A stretch of 30,194 nt of DNA from Armatimonadota bacterium (lineage in GTDB: Bacteria > Armatimonadota > SYMT01). This document shows, in pieces, positions 15,996 through 23,982 of the stretch; the stretch's first letter is position 1; each line of letters opens with the position of its first letter. The notes beneath the pieces are model-generated. The model was given only the letters and a program-made list of their open reading frames with translations. It was not told the origin of the DNA and searched no databases. The DNA lies in the NCBI GenBank assembly GCA_046292385.1, contig JBKBRF010000067.1, positions 1 through 30,194 of the forward strand. The letters are read 5' to 3'. The position numbers were made by a program, and so were the translations under genes.

Positions 15996-16373
15996 TCAAT
16001 GATGCTCCTCGTGTCCGCCGGCGGTGCCGCCGTGCGACATCGGAGGCGCAGGCAGCTCGGTCCGCGTCTGCAGCCTCAGGTTGCGGTCGTACTTGTAGAG
16101 GGTGCCGCCCCGAAGGGCGTAGACCGTCCCGTCCGACGCCGCGGTCAGGCTGCCGGGCATCATCATCTGCTGCATGCGGGCCATCATCTGCGGGTCCATC
16201 ATGCCCATGCCGCGCAGGCCCCTCATCCCCTCCTGGCCCATCATCCGCCCGCACATGGGGCAGCCTTGCTGCTGCGCCGGCATTGCGGCCGGGGTGCGAG
16301 TCGGCTTCTGGGCCGCGGCCGCCACTGAAAGCGTCGCGGCCAATAGCCCGGTCAACACGATTGGGGTTCGCAT
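15996..16373 (-). CDS. Small exported Met/His-rich protein with CPMC motif
   Basis: GGAG RBS, signal peptide, GCPMCGRMMG, M-rich tract, C-terminal HGGTAGGHEEHH. Confidence 0.7.
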   Translation of the reverse strand: MRTPIVLTGLLAATLSVAAAAQKPTRTPAAMPAQQQGCPMCGRMMGQEGMRGLRGMGMMDPQMMARMQQMMMPGSLTAASDGTVYALRGGTLYKYDRNLRLQTRTELPAPPMSHGGTAGGHEEHH

Positions 16374-16652
16374 CTCCCCACTCCTCTCCCCTTGAAGTTC
16401 ACCGTCTCCGGTCTCGCGAGGGAGCTCGTCTGGGTCATGCGGCCGCGACCAGATCCCTCAGCCGGGTTTTCCCCGGGCCGCGACGTATCGAAGCTCCACG
16501 CGAGAAGGAGATGTCGCGTTGTGCGGCGGCCGGGCGGAGCGGCTATCCCAGGGGTGGAGCTTGGGAGCGGATCGCTCAGCTCCGCTCGGTGCTGCGGTGG
16601 ATCCAGCGCTCGGCCAGCTCGAGTGGCCCGCGTCAGTCCGAGAGGGGGGCAG

Positions 16653-16685
16653 AAAACAACAATCCCCGCACGTAGGTGCGGGGAT
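16653..16685 (-). terminator. Intrinsic terminator directly after tRNA-Trp
   Basis: ATCCCCGCAC-CTAC-GTGCGGGGAT followed by TGTTGTTTT on the minus strand. Confidence 0.8.
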
Positions 16686-16691
16686 GGGGGA

Positions 16692-16764
16692 CAGGGGCGA
16701 CAGGACTCGAACCTGCGGCCTGCGGTTTTGGAGACCGCTGCTCTACCAACTGAGCTACACCCCT
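16692..16764 (-). tRNA. tRNA-Trp(CCA)
   Basis: AGGGGTGTAGCTCAGTTGGTAGAGC..GCGGT-CTCCAAA-ACCGC..GGTTCGAGTCC..CGCCCCTG; 3' CCA not encoded. Confidence 0.97.
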
Positions 16765-16791
16765 AAACGGCTCCCGGAGGAGCCACTGCCA

Positions 16792-16953
16792 CTACTTGGT
16801 CTCCCGGTGGGCGGTATGCTTGCCGCAGCGCGGACAGAACTTGCGGAGCTCCAGCCGGTCCGGGTCGTTGCGCTTGTTCTTGCTGGTGTGATAATTGCGC
16901 TCTTTGCAATCCTGGCACGCCAGCCCGATGATGATGCGATCTTCCTTAGCCAT
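16792..16953 (-). CDS. rpmG: 50S ribosomal protein L33 (zinc-binding, two CxxC)
   Basis: Manual translation [53 protein letters not shown] (53 aa, not in the ORF track). Confidence 0.97.
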   Translation of the reverse strand: MAKEDRIIIGLACQDCKERNYHTSKNKRNDPDRLELRKFCPRCGKHTAHRETK

Positions 16954-16981
16954 CTCAATTCCTGACGAACGTCTCTGCCGA

Positions 16982-17053
16982 AGCCTCCCACCGGATTCGA
17001 ACCGGTGACCCCGTTCTTACCAAGAACGTGCGCTACCACTGCGCCAGGGAGGC
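16982..17053 (-). tRNA. tRNA-Thr(GGT)
   Basis: GCCTCCC acceptor, CGTTC-TTGGTAA-GAACG anticodon arm, GGTTCGAATCC T-arm. Confidence 0.96.
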
Positions 17054-17100
17054 ATGGTTCCGGAGCAGCGCTCCGGATCTCGTATTCAGTTTTTCGGAAG

Positions 17101-17181
17101 TGGGCAGGAAAGGATTCGAACCTTTGAAGCTTCCGCAGCAGATTTACAGTCTGCCCCCTTTGGCCACTCGGGAACCTGCCC
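17101..17181 (-). tRNA. tRNA-Tyr(GTA)
   Basis: GGGCAGG acceptor, GCAGA-CTGTAAA-TCTGC, long variable arm, GGTTCGAATCC. Confidence 0.96.
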
Positions 17182-17193
17182 AGGAACCGTCAC

Positions 17194-17221
17194 ATCGTAT
17201 CACGTTCGCGCGCGGTGTCAA
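17194..17221 (-). promoter_or_regulatory. Housekeeping-sigma promoter inside the tRNA cluster
   Basis: TTGACA-N16-TACGAT with TGn extension, just upstream of tRNA-Tyr. Confidence 0.65.
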
Positions 17222-17224
17222 GAG

Positions 17225-17296
17225 AGCCGGCGAGAGGAATCGAACCCCCAACCAACGGTTTACAAAACCGTCGCTCTACCATTGAGCTACGCCGGC
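17225..17296 (-). tRNA. tRNA-Thr(TGT)
   Basis: GCCGGCG acceptor, ACGGT-TTTGTAA-ACCGT, GGTTCGATTCC. Confidence 0.96.
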
Positions 17297-17339
17297 CGAC
17301 ACCCTGCGGGACCGCCTGCCCGAGCCCGGCTCCGGCCGC

Positions 17340-17975
17340 CTAGTCTTGCCCGCGGCTCAGATGGCTCCAGATCTTCCGCCGCGCCCGCTGCAGCGCGTTG
17401 TCCACGCACTTGGGTCGGCAGTGCAGCTCCTGGGCTACCTGCTCGTAGGTCTTCCCCTCCAGGCGACCGCGAATGGCGTGGTTCTCCAGCTCGCTCAGCT
17501 CCGAGGACGCGTGACGGGCGAGATACTCCTCCAGACGGGCGTCCAGGTCGGAGCGGTCGTCGTCGAAACGGACCTCTACGCAGAGCTCGCGGGGGAGGCA
17601 CTGCTCCTCGCCGGCGGGGCGCTCAATGGGGACGTACCGGTTCAGCGGAAGGTGCTTGCGCCGCGAGGCGGTTTTCACCGCGGAGATGATCTGGCGGGTG
17701 ACGCAGACTTCCGCGAACGAGCGGAACCGGACGAGGCGCCCGGCCTGGAAGTCCCGGATCGCCTTGTACAGGCCGATCATGCCTTCCTGGACCACGTCCT
17801 CGTGCTCCGCCCCGCTCAGGAAGTAGCTCCGCGCTTTGCCTTCCACGAGGTACCGGTAGCGCCCGAGAAGGATCTCGGTTGCCGCGCGGCTTCCCCGCTG
17901 AGCCAGCGCGATCGCTTCCTCATCGGTGAGACAGGACAGCCGGTACGGGGCCGACTGGTGCACTCCTACGATCAT
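17340..17975 (-). CDS. sigH: RNA polymerase sigma factor SigH (Spo0H-type)
   Basis: KARSYFLSGAEHEDVVQEGMIGLYKAIRDF, FRSFAEVCVTRQIISAVKTASRRKHLPLN, VDNALQR; GGAGG RBS; upstream of rpmG as in Bacillota. Confidence 0.9.
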   Translation of the reverse strand: MIVGVHQSAPYRLSCLTDEEAIALAQRGSRAATEILLGRYRYLVEGKARSYFLSGAEHEDVVQEGMIGLYKAIRDFQAGRLVRFRSFAEVCVTRQIISAVKTASRRKHLPLNRYVPIERPAGEEQCLPRELCVEVRFDDDRSDLDARLEEYLARHASSELSELENHAIRGRLEGKTYEQVAQELHCRPKCVDNALQRARRKIWSHLSRGQD

Positions 17976-18044
17976 CGCGACGCCTCCGCAGACGTCCCTG
18001 ACCGCTATTCGCTTTTCAACGCGCCCGTGAACGGGACGACCGTC

Positions 18045-18073
18045 ATTATAGGAACAGCGGTAGAACCTGTCAA
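18045..18073 (-). promoter_or_regulatory. Consensus sigma70/sigmaA promoter for sigH
   Basis: TTGACA-N17-TATAAT on the minus strand. Confidence 0.85.
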
Positions 18074-18216
18074 GCGCGCCGGCAGCGTCCGAGTCACGAC
18101 GTTGAAGGATGAGGGGATGAGGGCACGAGTGACGGCCGGCCCCCTTAACTACCCACCTCTTAACGCCCTTTAAGCGTGCAATCAGCCGGAGTGCGTTCTC
18201 TCTCCTCACTGGCCGG

Positions 18217-19602
18217 CTACTCGCCCCGGAACACCCGCTCCCAGGCGCGCGCGATGCGGAGCACCGTCTCCTCTTCCCAGGCCCGCCCGGCGATCTGCAG
18301 GCCCACCGGCATCCCCTCCGCGGCACCGCAGGGGACACTCACCGCCGGGGTGCCGGTCATGTTGAAGACGAACGTGTTCCGCACCATATAGAACTGCGCG
18401 GGGGCCACCCCGTCGTGCACGGCAACGTACTCCTGGTCGAGCCGGGGCGCGGGAATCGGCACGGCGGGCGTGAGCAGCGCGTCGACCTCCTGGAAGACGC
18501 GGGAGAAGTCGTCCCGCAGGAGCTGGCGCGCCTGGAGCGCGTTCAGGTAGTCGGCCGCCTCCACGCAGAGCCCTTCCGCCAGGCGCATCCGCACGCGGCT
18601 GCCGTAGTCGCCGGAGCGGGTCGCCAGCCACTCCCGGTGGTAGGCAGCCGCCTCCGCCAGAATGAGGCAGCCCTGGACCGTCGCCGCGTAGTCGAGCGAG
18701 GGGAGCGAGACCTCGCGGATCTCCGCGCCTTCCCGCCGCAGCAGCTCGATCGCCTCGCGCACCCGGAGCTCCACCTCGGAGTGGCACCAGCTCCAGAAGA
18801 GCTCGCGCGGTATGCCCACGCGCAGGCCGCGCACGCCGCCCTCCAGCCGCGCCGCGTAGGGCGGGACCGGCCGCGTGGAGGAGGTCGGGTCGGCCGGGTC
18901 GTGGCCGGCCAGCGCCTCCAGCAGGAGCGCGGCGTCGGTGACGGTGCGCGCCATCGGGCCGAGGTGGTCGAGCGACCACGCCAGCGGCACCGCGCCGTGG
19001 CGGGAGACGCGGCCGTAGGTCGGCTTCAGGCCGACGATGCCGCAGAGCGCAGCGGGGCAGCGGATGGAGCCGCCGGTGTCGGAGCCGACCGAGCCGTAGC
19101 AGAGCCCGGCCGCCACCGCCGCGCCGGAGCCGCTGCTGGAGCCGCCGGTGCCGCGGGCGGGGTCGTGCGGGTTGCGGACCGGTCCGTAGTGCGGGTTGTC
19201 CGAGGTGGCGCCGAAGGCAAACTCGTACATGTTGAGCTTACCGAGGGAGACCGCTCCCGCGTTCCGGAGCCGGCGGACGACGGTGGCATCCGCGTCCGGG
19301 ACCCAGTCGCGCAGCAGCGCGGAGCCGGCGGTGGTGCGGATGCCGGCGGTCTGCAGCAGGTCCTTCAGGCCGAGCGGGACGCCGTGCAGCGGGCCGCGCC
19401 AGCGGCCGTCGGCCAGCTCCCGGTCGCGCTCCGCCGCCTCCGCCCGCGCCTCGTCGGCGCAGAGGGTCCGGAAGCTGTTGAGCAGCTCGTCTCGCTCCGC
19501 GATGCGCTGGAGGCAGGCTTCCGTCGCCTCTATCGAGGTGACGCGGCGGGCGCGCAGCTCCCGGGAAAGCTCCGCCAGGGAGAGATCGGCGAGCCCGCTC
19601 AT
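18217..19602 (-). CDS. Amidase signature family protein (GatA/AtzE-like)
   Basis: GPLHGVPLGLKD, GGSSSGS, GSDTGGSIRCPA, GLKPTYGRVS. Confidence 0.9.
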   Translation of the reverse strand: MSGLADLSLAELSRELRARRVTSIEATEACLQRIAERDELLNSFRTLCADEARAEAAERDRELADGRWRGPLHGVPLGLKDLLQTAGIRTTAGSALLRDWVPDADATVVRRLRNAGAVSLGKLNMYEFAFGATSDNPHYGPVRNPHDPARGTGGSSSGSGAAVAAGLCYGSVGSDTGGSIRCPAALCGIVGLKPTYGRVSRHGAVPLAWSLDHLGPMARTVTDAALLLEALAGHDPADPTSSTRPVPPYAARLEGGVRGLRVGIPRELFWSWCHSEVELRVREAIELLRREGAEIREVSLPSLDYAATVQGCLILAEAAAYHREWLATRSGDYGSRVRMRLAEGLCVEAADYLNALQARQLLRDDFSRVFQEVDALLTPAVPIPAPRLDQEYVAVHDGVAPAQFYMVRNTFVFNMTGTPAVSVPCGAAEGMPVGLQIAGRAWEEETVLRIARAWERVFRGE

Positions 19603-19778
19603 TCGCGCCCGGCCTCGACCGGCCCGAAGGCGGGGTCGACCTCCCGCAGCGGCAGCTCGCAGAGCCGGGCGGCCTGCTGCCGGAGGAACCCCACGCGCTC
19701 CGCGATCTCTGCCAGCTCCTCGGGGGAGAGGGGGTCGGACAGAGCGTCCCGCAGGCGCCGCTCGATCTCCGCTCTCAT
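19599..19778 (-). CDS. 59-aa protein, possible GatC/AtzG-like amidase partner
   Basis: Manual translation MRAEIERRLRDALSDPLSPEELAEIAERVGFLRQQAARLCELPLREVDPAFGPVEAGRE; ATGA overlaps with both accA and the amidase. Confidence 0.7.
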   Translation of the reverse strand: MRAEIERRLRDALSDPLSPEELAEIAERVGFLRQQAARLCELPLREVDPAFGPVEAGRE

Positions 19779-20734
19779 CGCTCGTCGAAGACGCCGAGCT
19801 TGCGGAAATGCCGATACCGCGCGTCGAGCAGCGCGCGCGTCTCCAGGCCTTCCAGCTCGCCCAGGTGGCGCTCCAGGCTCTCCCGCAGGGTCCGTGCCGC
19901 GGCGTCGTAGTCCCGGTGCGCGCCGCCGAGCGGCTCCGGCACGATCTCGTGGACGGCGCCCATCTTCAGCGCGTGGCCCGCGGTCAGCTTGAGCGCCTCC
20001 GCCGCGTCCGCGCCCCGGTTCGGGTCGCGCCAGAGGATCGAGGCGCAGCCTTCCGGCGGGATCACGGAGTAGATCGCGTGCTCCAGCATCAGGATCCGGT
20101 CGCCGACCGCGATCCCGAGCGCGCCGCCGCTGCCCCCTTCGCCGGTGATCGCCACCACCACGGGGACCTTCAGCAGGAACATGTCGCGGATGTTGCGGGC
20201 GATCGCCTCGCTGATGCCGCGCTCCTCGCTCGGGACGGACGGGTCCGCCGCGGGGGTGTCGACGAGACAGACGATCGGCCGGCCGAACTTCTCCGAGAGC
20301 CGCATCAGCCGCAGCGCCTTGCGGTAGCCTTCAGGCTTCGCGTAGCCGAAGTTGCGCTGGTGCCGCTCCGCGGCGTCCCGCCCTTTCTGGTGCCCCACGA
20401 CGGTGACCCAGCGGTCGCCCAGCCGCGCCAGGCCGCCCACGATGGCGCCGTCGTCCGCGAAGGAGCGGTCGCCGTGCAGCTCCGTGAACTCCTGGAACAT
20501 GAGGCGGATCCAGTCGAGCGTCAGCGGGCGCTTGGGGTTGCGCGCCACGCGCGTCTTGTCCCACGACGTCAGGTTGCTGTAGCGCTCGCCGAGCAGCCGG
20601 TCCTTCTGCTCTTCCAGCTCCCGCACCTCCGCGGCGCGGTCGACTCCCTGCTCCCGGGTAAGGCGCTTCACCAGCTCGATCTGCGCTTCCAGCTCGCTGA
20701 TGGCGCGCTCGAAATCTTCGATACTAGCCGACAT
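19775..20734 (-). CDS. accA: Acetyl-CoA carboxylase carboxyltransferase alpha subunit
   Basis: ELHGDR, GHQKGRD, RNFG, PEGYRKALR, GEGGSGGAL, YSVIPPEGCASILW. Confidence 0.96.
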   Translation of the reverse strand: MSASIEDFERAISELEAQIELVKRLTREQGVDRAAEVRELEEQKDRLLGERYSNLTSWDKTRVARNPKRPLTLDWIRLMFQEFTELHGDRSFADDGAIVGGLARLGDRWVTVVGHQKGRDAAERHQRNFGYAKPEGYRKALRLMRLSEKFGRPIVCLVDTPAADPSVPSEERGISEAIARNIRDMFLLKVPVVVAITGEGGSGGALGIAVGDRILMLEHAIYSVIPPEGCASILWRDPNRGADAAEALKLTAGHALKMGAVHEIVPEPLGGAHRDYDAAARTLRESLERHLGELEGLETRALLDARYRHFRKLGVFDER

Positions 20735-21599
20735 TCACGCTCTCCCCCGTCTCACCCGCGACCGTCTCCACCGGCGCGCCCGCAAACCGGAAGATGCGGG
20801 CCAGCGTCTCTTTCAGCTCCTTGCGCGGCACCACCCGGTCGATCTGACCGTGCGCCCGGTGGAACTCCGCCGTCTGGAAGTCGGCCGGGATCTTGCCGAC
20901 GTTCGCCTGCTGCGCCACCCGCAGGCCGGCGAAGCCGATGGTGGCCCCGGGCTCCGCCAGGTTCAGGTCGCCCAGGGAGCCCCAGCTCGCGGTGACCCCA
21001 CCCATCGTCGGGTCGGTCAGCAGCACCACCGCCAGCAGGCCGGCGTCCTGGTGCCGGGCGAGGGCGGCGGAGGTCTTGGCCATCTGCATCAGCGCCAGCA
21101 GCCCCTCGTGCATCCGGGCGCCGCCGCCGGTGCCGGAGACGAGCAGCACCGGCGTGCCCCGCTCCGTGGCGCGCTCGATGGAGCGGGTGATCCGCTCTCC
21201 CACCACGCTCCCCATGCTGCCCATCATGAAGCGCCGGTCGGTGACCGCCAGGGAGAACGGGTGGCCGGAGAGCAGGCCGTCGCCGCTCAGGCAGGCGTCG
21301 GTGAGGCCGGTTGCCTTGCCGTGCCGCTCCAGCGTCTCCGCGTAGGAGGGGAAGTTGAGGGGGTTGGTCGAGACGAGCCCGGCGTCCTGCTCCTGGAACG
21401 TGCCGGGATCGGTCAGCAGCTCCACGCGCTCGCGCGCGGAGATCGGAAAATGGAACCCGCACTTCTGGCAGACCTTGAGGTTGCGCTCCCACTCCCGGGT
21501 GAAGAGCAGCTCCTTGCACTTGGGGCAGGGAGTCATCAGGCCTTCCGGAACTTCCGGGGGCATCTCCGGCTTCCTCTTGCGGAACCAGCCGTTCGGCAT
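20724..21599 (-). CDS. accD: Acetyl-CoA carboxylase carboxyltransferase beta subunit
   Basis: CPKC...CQKC zinc finger, FMMGSMGSVVGERI, GGARMHEG, AEPGATIGFAG, FQTAEF. Confidence 0.96.
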   Translation of the reverse strand: MPNGWFRKRKPEMPPEVPEGLMTPCPKCKELLFTREWERNLKVCQKCGFHFPISARERVELLTDPGTFQEQDAGLVSTNPLNFPSYAETLERHGKATGLTDACLSGDGLLSGHPFSLAVTDRRFMMGSMGSVVGERITRSIERATERGTPVLLVSGTGGGARMHEGLLALMQMAKTSAALARHQDAGLLAVVLLTDPTMGGVTASWGSLGDLNLAEPGATIGFAGLRVAQQANVGKIPADFQTAEFHRAHGQIDRVVPRKELKETLARIFRFAGAPVETVAGETGESVNVG

Positions 21600-21830
21600 C
21601 TATGCTTGCTCCTGAAATCGCCGCGCTGTGCTCGCCGCCGGTCGTGCCGGCCCGCTCCCGCGGGAGCGGAGCGCCGGGCACCGGGCAGCGAGGAAAGAGC
21701 GGTGCGGCTGCTGAACGTCCGAAGCGGCCCGCCCGCACACACCCCGTCGATTTTACTCCATTCCGCACGGTAACGATCTGCCGCTCCTACCGGGAGCGCC
21801 CGTGCGGCTGCTGAAAGATCCGTTCGACCC

Positions 21831-22907
21831 ATGGAAATCGAGAAGCACCGTCGTCGCATCGACGAGCTGGACGGCGAGATCGTCCGGCTGCTGAACGAGC
21901 GCGCCACCTGTGCCCGCCGCATCGGTGAGGCGAAGCACCTGACCGACGCCCCCACCTACGTCCCGGAGCGGGAGCGCCAGGTGCTGGACAAGGTGGCCGG
22001 GCTCAACCCCGGCCCGCTGCCGGACGCGGCGATCCAGGGGATCTACCGGGAAGTGATCTCCGCCTGCCGCACGCTGGAGCGGCCGTTCACCATCGCCTAC
22101 TGGGGCCCGCCCGCCAGCAACACGCACGTGGCGGCCCGCCAGCGGTTCGGCAGCCAGGCCTGCTTCCTGGAATCCGGCTCCGTGGCGGAGGTCTTTAGCG
22201 AGGTGGAGCACGACCGCGCCGACTTCGGCGTGGTCCCGGTGGAGAACTCCACCCAGGGGGTGGTCGCCACCAGCCTGGACCAGTTCCTGATGCACGGCGA
22301 TCTCACGATCTGCTCCGAGATCTACGTGCCGATCCATCACAACCTGCTCTCTCGCGCAGAGAGCGTCTCCGAGCTGAAGCGGGTCTACACGATGTACCAG
22401 GCGACGGCGCAGTGCCGCGAGTGGCTGAGCCGCCACCTCTCGCACGTGCAGCTCGTGGAGACCACCACCACCGCCCGCGGTGCCGCCCTGGCGGCGGAAG
22501 ACCCGGAGGCGGGCGCCATCGCCAACCTCGCCGCGGCGCAGGAGTACGGCCTCAAGGTGCTGGTGGAGAACATCGAGGACAACCCGCGCAACCGGACCCG
22601 GTTCTGGACCATTGGCCGCCTCCGCCCGAAGCCGTCCGGCAAGGACAAGACGAGCCTGCTCTTCTCCGTGCCGCATCAGCCCGGAGCGCTCGGCCGTGCC
22701 CTGAGTGCCTTCGCGGAGCACGGGGTTTCGCTCACCTTCATCGAGAGCCGGCCCACCCGCCAGACGCCGTGGGAGTATGTCTTCTTCGTCGATCTGCAGG
22801 GCCACGTGGAGGAAGGGGCCGATGCTCCGCTCGCCCGCTCCCTGGAGCTGCTGCGGGAGCGGTGCCTCTTCGTGCGCGTGCTCGGCTCGTATCCGGAAGC
22901 GGAATAA
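21831..22907 (+). CDS. pheA: Chorismate mutase / prephenate dehydratase (P-protein)
   Basis: RRRIDELD chorismate mutase domain, PVENSTQG, NRTRF, ACT domain with IESRP. Confidence 0.94.
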   Translation: MEIEKHRRRIDELDGEIVRLLNERATCARRIGEAKHLTDAPTYVPERERQVLDKVAGLNPGPLPDAAIQGIYREVISACRTLERPFTIAYWGPPASNTHVAARQRFGSQACFLESGSVAEVFSEVEHDRADFGVVPVENSTQGVVATSLDQFLMHGDLTICSEIYVPIHHNLLSRAESVSELKRVYTMYQATAQCREWLSRHLSHVQLVETTTTARGAALAAEDPEAGAIANLAAAQEYGLKVLVENIEDNPRNRTRFWTIGRLRPKPSGKDKTSLLFSVPHQPGALGRALSAFAEHGVSLTFIESRPTRQTPWEYVFFVDLQGHVEEGADAPLARSLELLRERCLFVRVLGSYPEAE

Positions 22908-22923
22908 CCGGTCGGAAGCGGCG

Positions 22924-23460
22924 ATGACTCTCGAGCTGCAGCCGTTTACGGCCGACCGCGCGGAGATCCTGATCCGCTGGGCGGTCTCGGAGGCGTTCCT
23001 GCTCCAGTGGGTCGGCACCACGTTCCGCTACCCGCTAACCCGGGAGCAGATCGAGGAGCACCTGGAGGCGGCGCGAGGGGAGGCGCCGACCATCCTGCCG
23101 TTCGCCGTAGTAGACACCGAGGCGGGAGCGATGGTCGGCTACCTGGAGCTGTGCGACCTCAATCAGGTCCACCGCTCCGCCACCATCGGCCGCGTGATCG
23201 TGGGCGAACCGGCGTACCAGGGCCGCGGCGTTGCCACCTGGATGGTGCGCGAGGTGACGCGCCGCGGCTTCGAGGAGCTCGGCCTCCACCGCATCGCCCT
23301 GGTGGTGTTCGACTTCAACCACGCCGCGATCCGCTGCTACGAGCGCGTCGGCTTCCGCAAGGAAGGCCACCTCCGGGACGCCCGCCGCAGCGGCGACGAG
23401 TACTGGAGCCTCTACACTATGGCGCTACTTGAAGACGAGTGGCGCGCACCGTCATCGTAG
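22924..23460 (+). CDS. GNAT N-acetyltransferase (RimJ/RimL-like)
   Basis: YQGRGVA, LGLHRIALVVFDFNHAAIRCYERVGFRKEG. Confidence 0.88.
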   Translation: MTLELQPFTADRAEILIRWAVSEAFLLQWVGTTFRYPLTREQIEEHLEAARGEAPTILPFAVVDTEAGAMVGYLELCDLNQVHRSATIGRVIVGEPAYQGRGVATWMVREVTRRGFEELGLHRIALVVFDFNHAAIRCYERVGFRKEGHLRDARRSGDEYWSLYTMALLEDEWRAPSS

Positions 23461-23502
23461 TCGCGGCAGGCACGCCGCACTGCGCCCTGCCTGGCCAAAG
23501 AA

Positions 23503-23955
23503 GTCATCCTGAGCCGCAGGCACGGCGCAGGCCGGCCACCCCTGAAGAAACGGGATGGTCGCCCCACCGAGCACGGTCCTCCACTCCGATCAAGGTGCCT
23601 TTCACCGAATTTGTCATTCTGAACGTAGTGAAGAATCTCGGCAGCCGTGTAGCTCCCGGAGCACGCATTCCCGTGACGGGGGATCGGCCTGGTGGGGCGC
23701 TCCCGAACGCAGGGCTCGTCGTGCTCCCGGAGACTTGAGTGACGTAGATCCTTCCCTGCGGTCAGGATGACCACCGGGGGCGGAGCTGTGCTCACGGTGG
23801 GTTGACGCCGCTCCGATGGCGCTGGATCGCGGCGGGAGTTTCTTGAGAACGAAGCGAAGGATCTACGTCGCTCCGCCATGTAGGAGCACGGGGAGCCCAC
23901 TGCTCGGGAGCGCCTCGCCAGGCTGACTCCTCGTGACCCGCAGGCGTGCTCCGGA
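23503..23955. repeat. Cluster of nested REP-like palindromes (GTCATCCTGA...GAAGGATCT type)
   Basis: GTCATCCTGAGCCGCAGG (23503), GTCATTCTGAACGTAGTGAAGAATCT (23613), AGATCCTTCCCTGCGGTCAGGATGAC (23746-23771); about 23655-23760 is inversely repeated at about 23850-23955. Confidence 0.8.
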
Positions 23956-23982
23956 CCAGACTGCTTTGCCGGGGCGGGACTC

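Noticed and set aside
18217..19602. Assigning gatA
   Set aside because: No gatB is adjacent and the GatA-specific C-terminal motifs are not evident.
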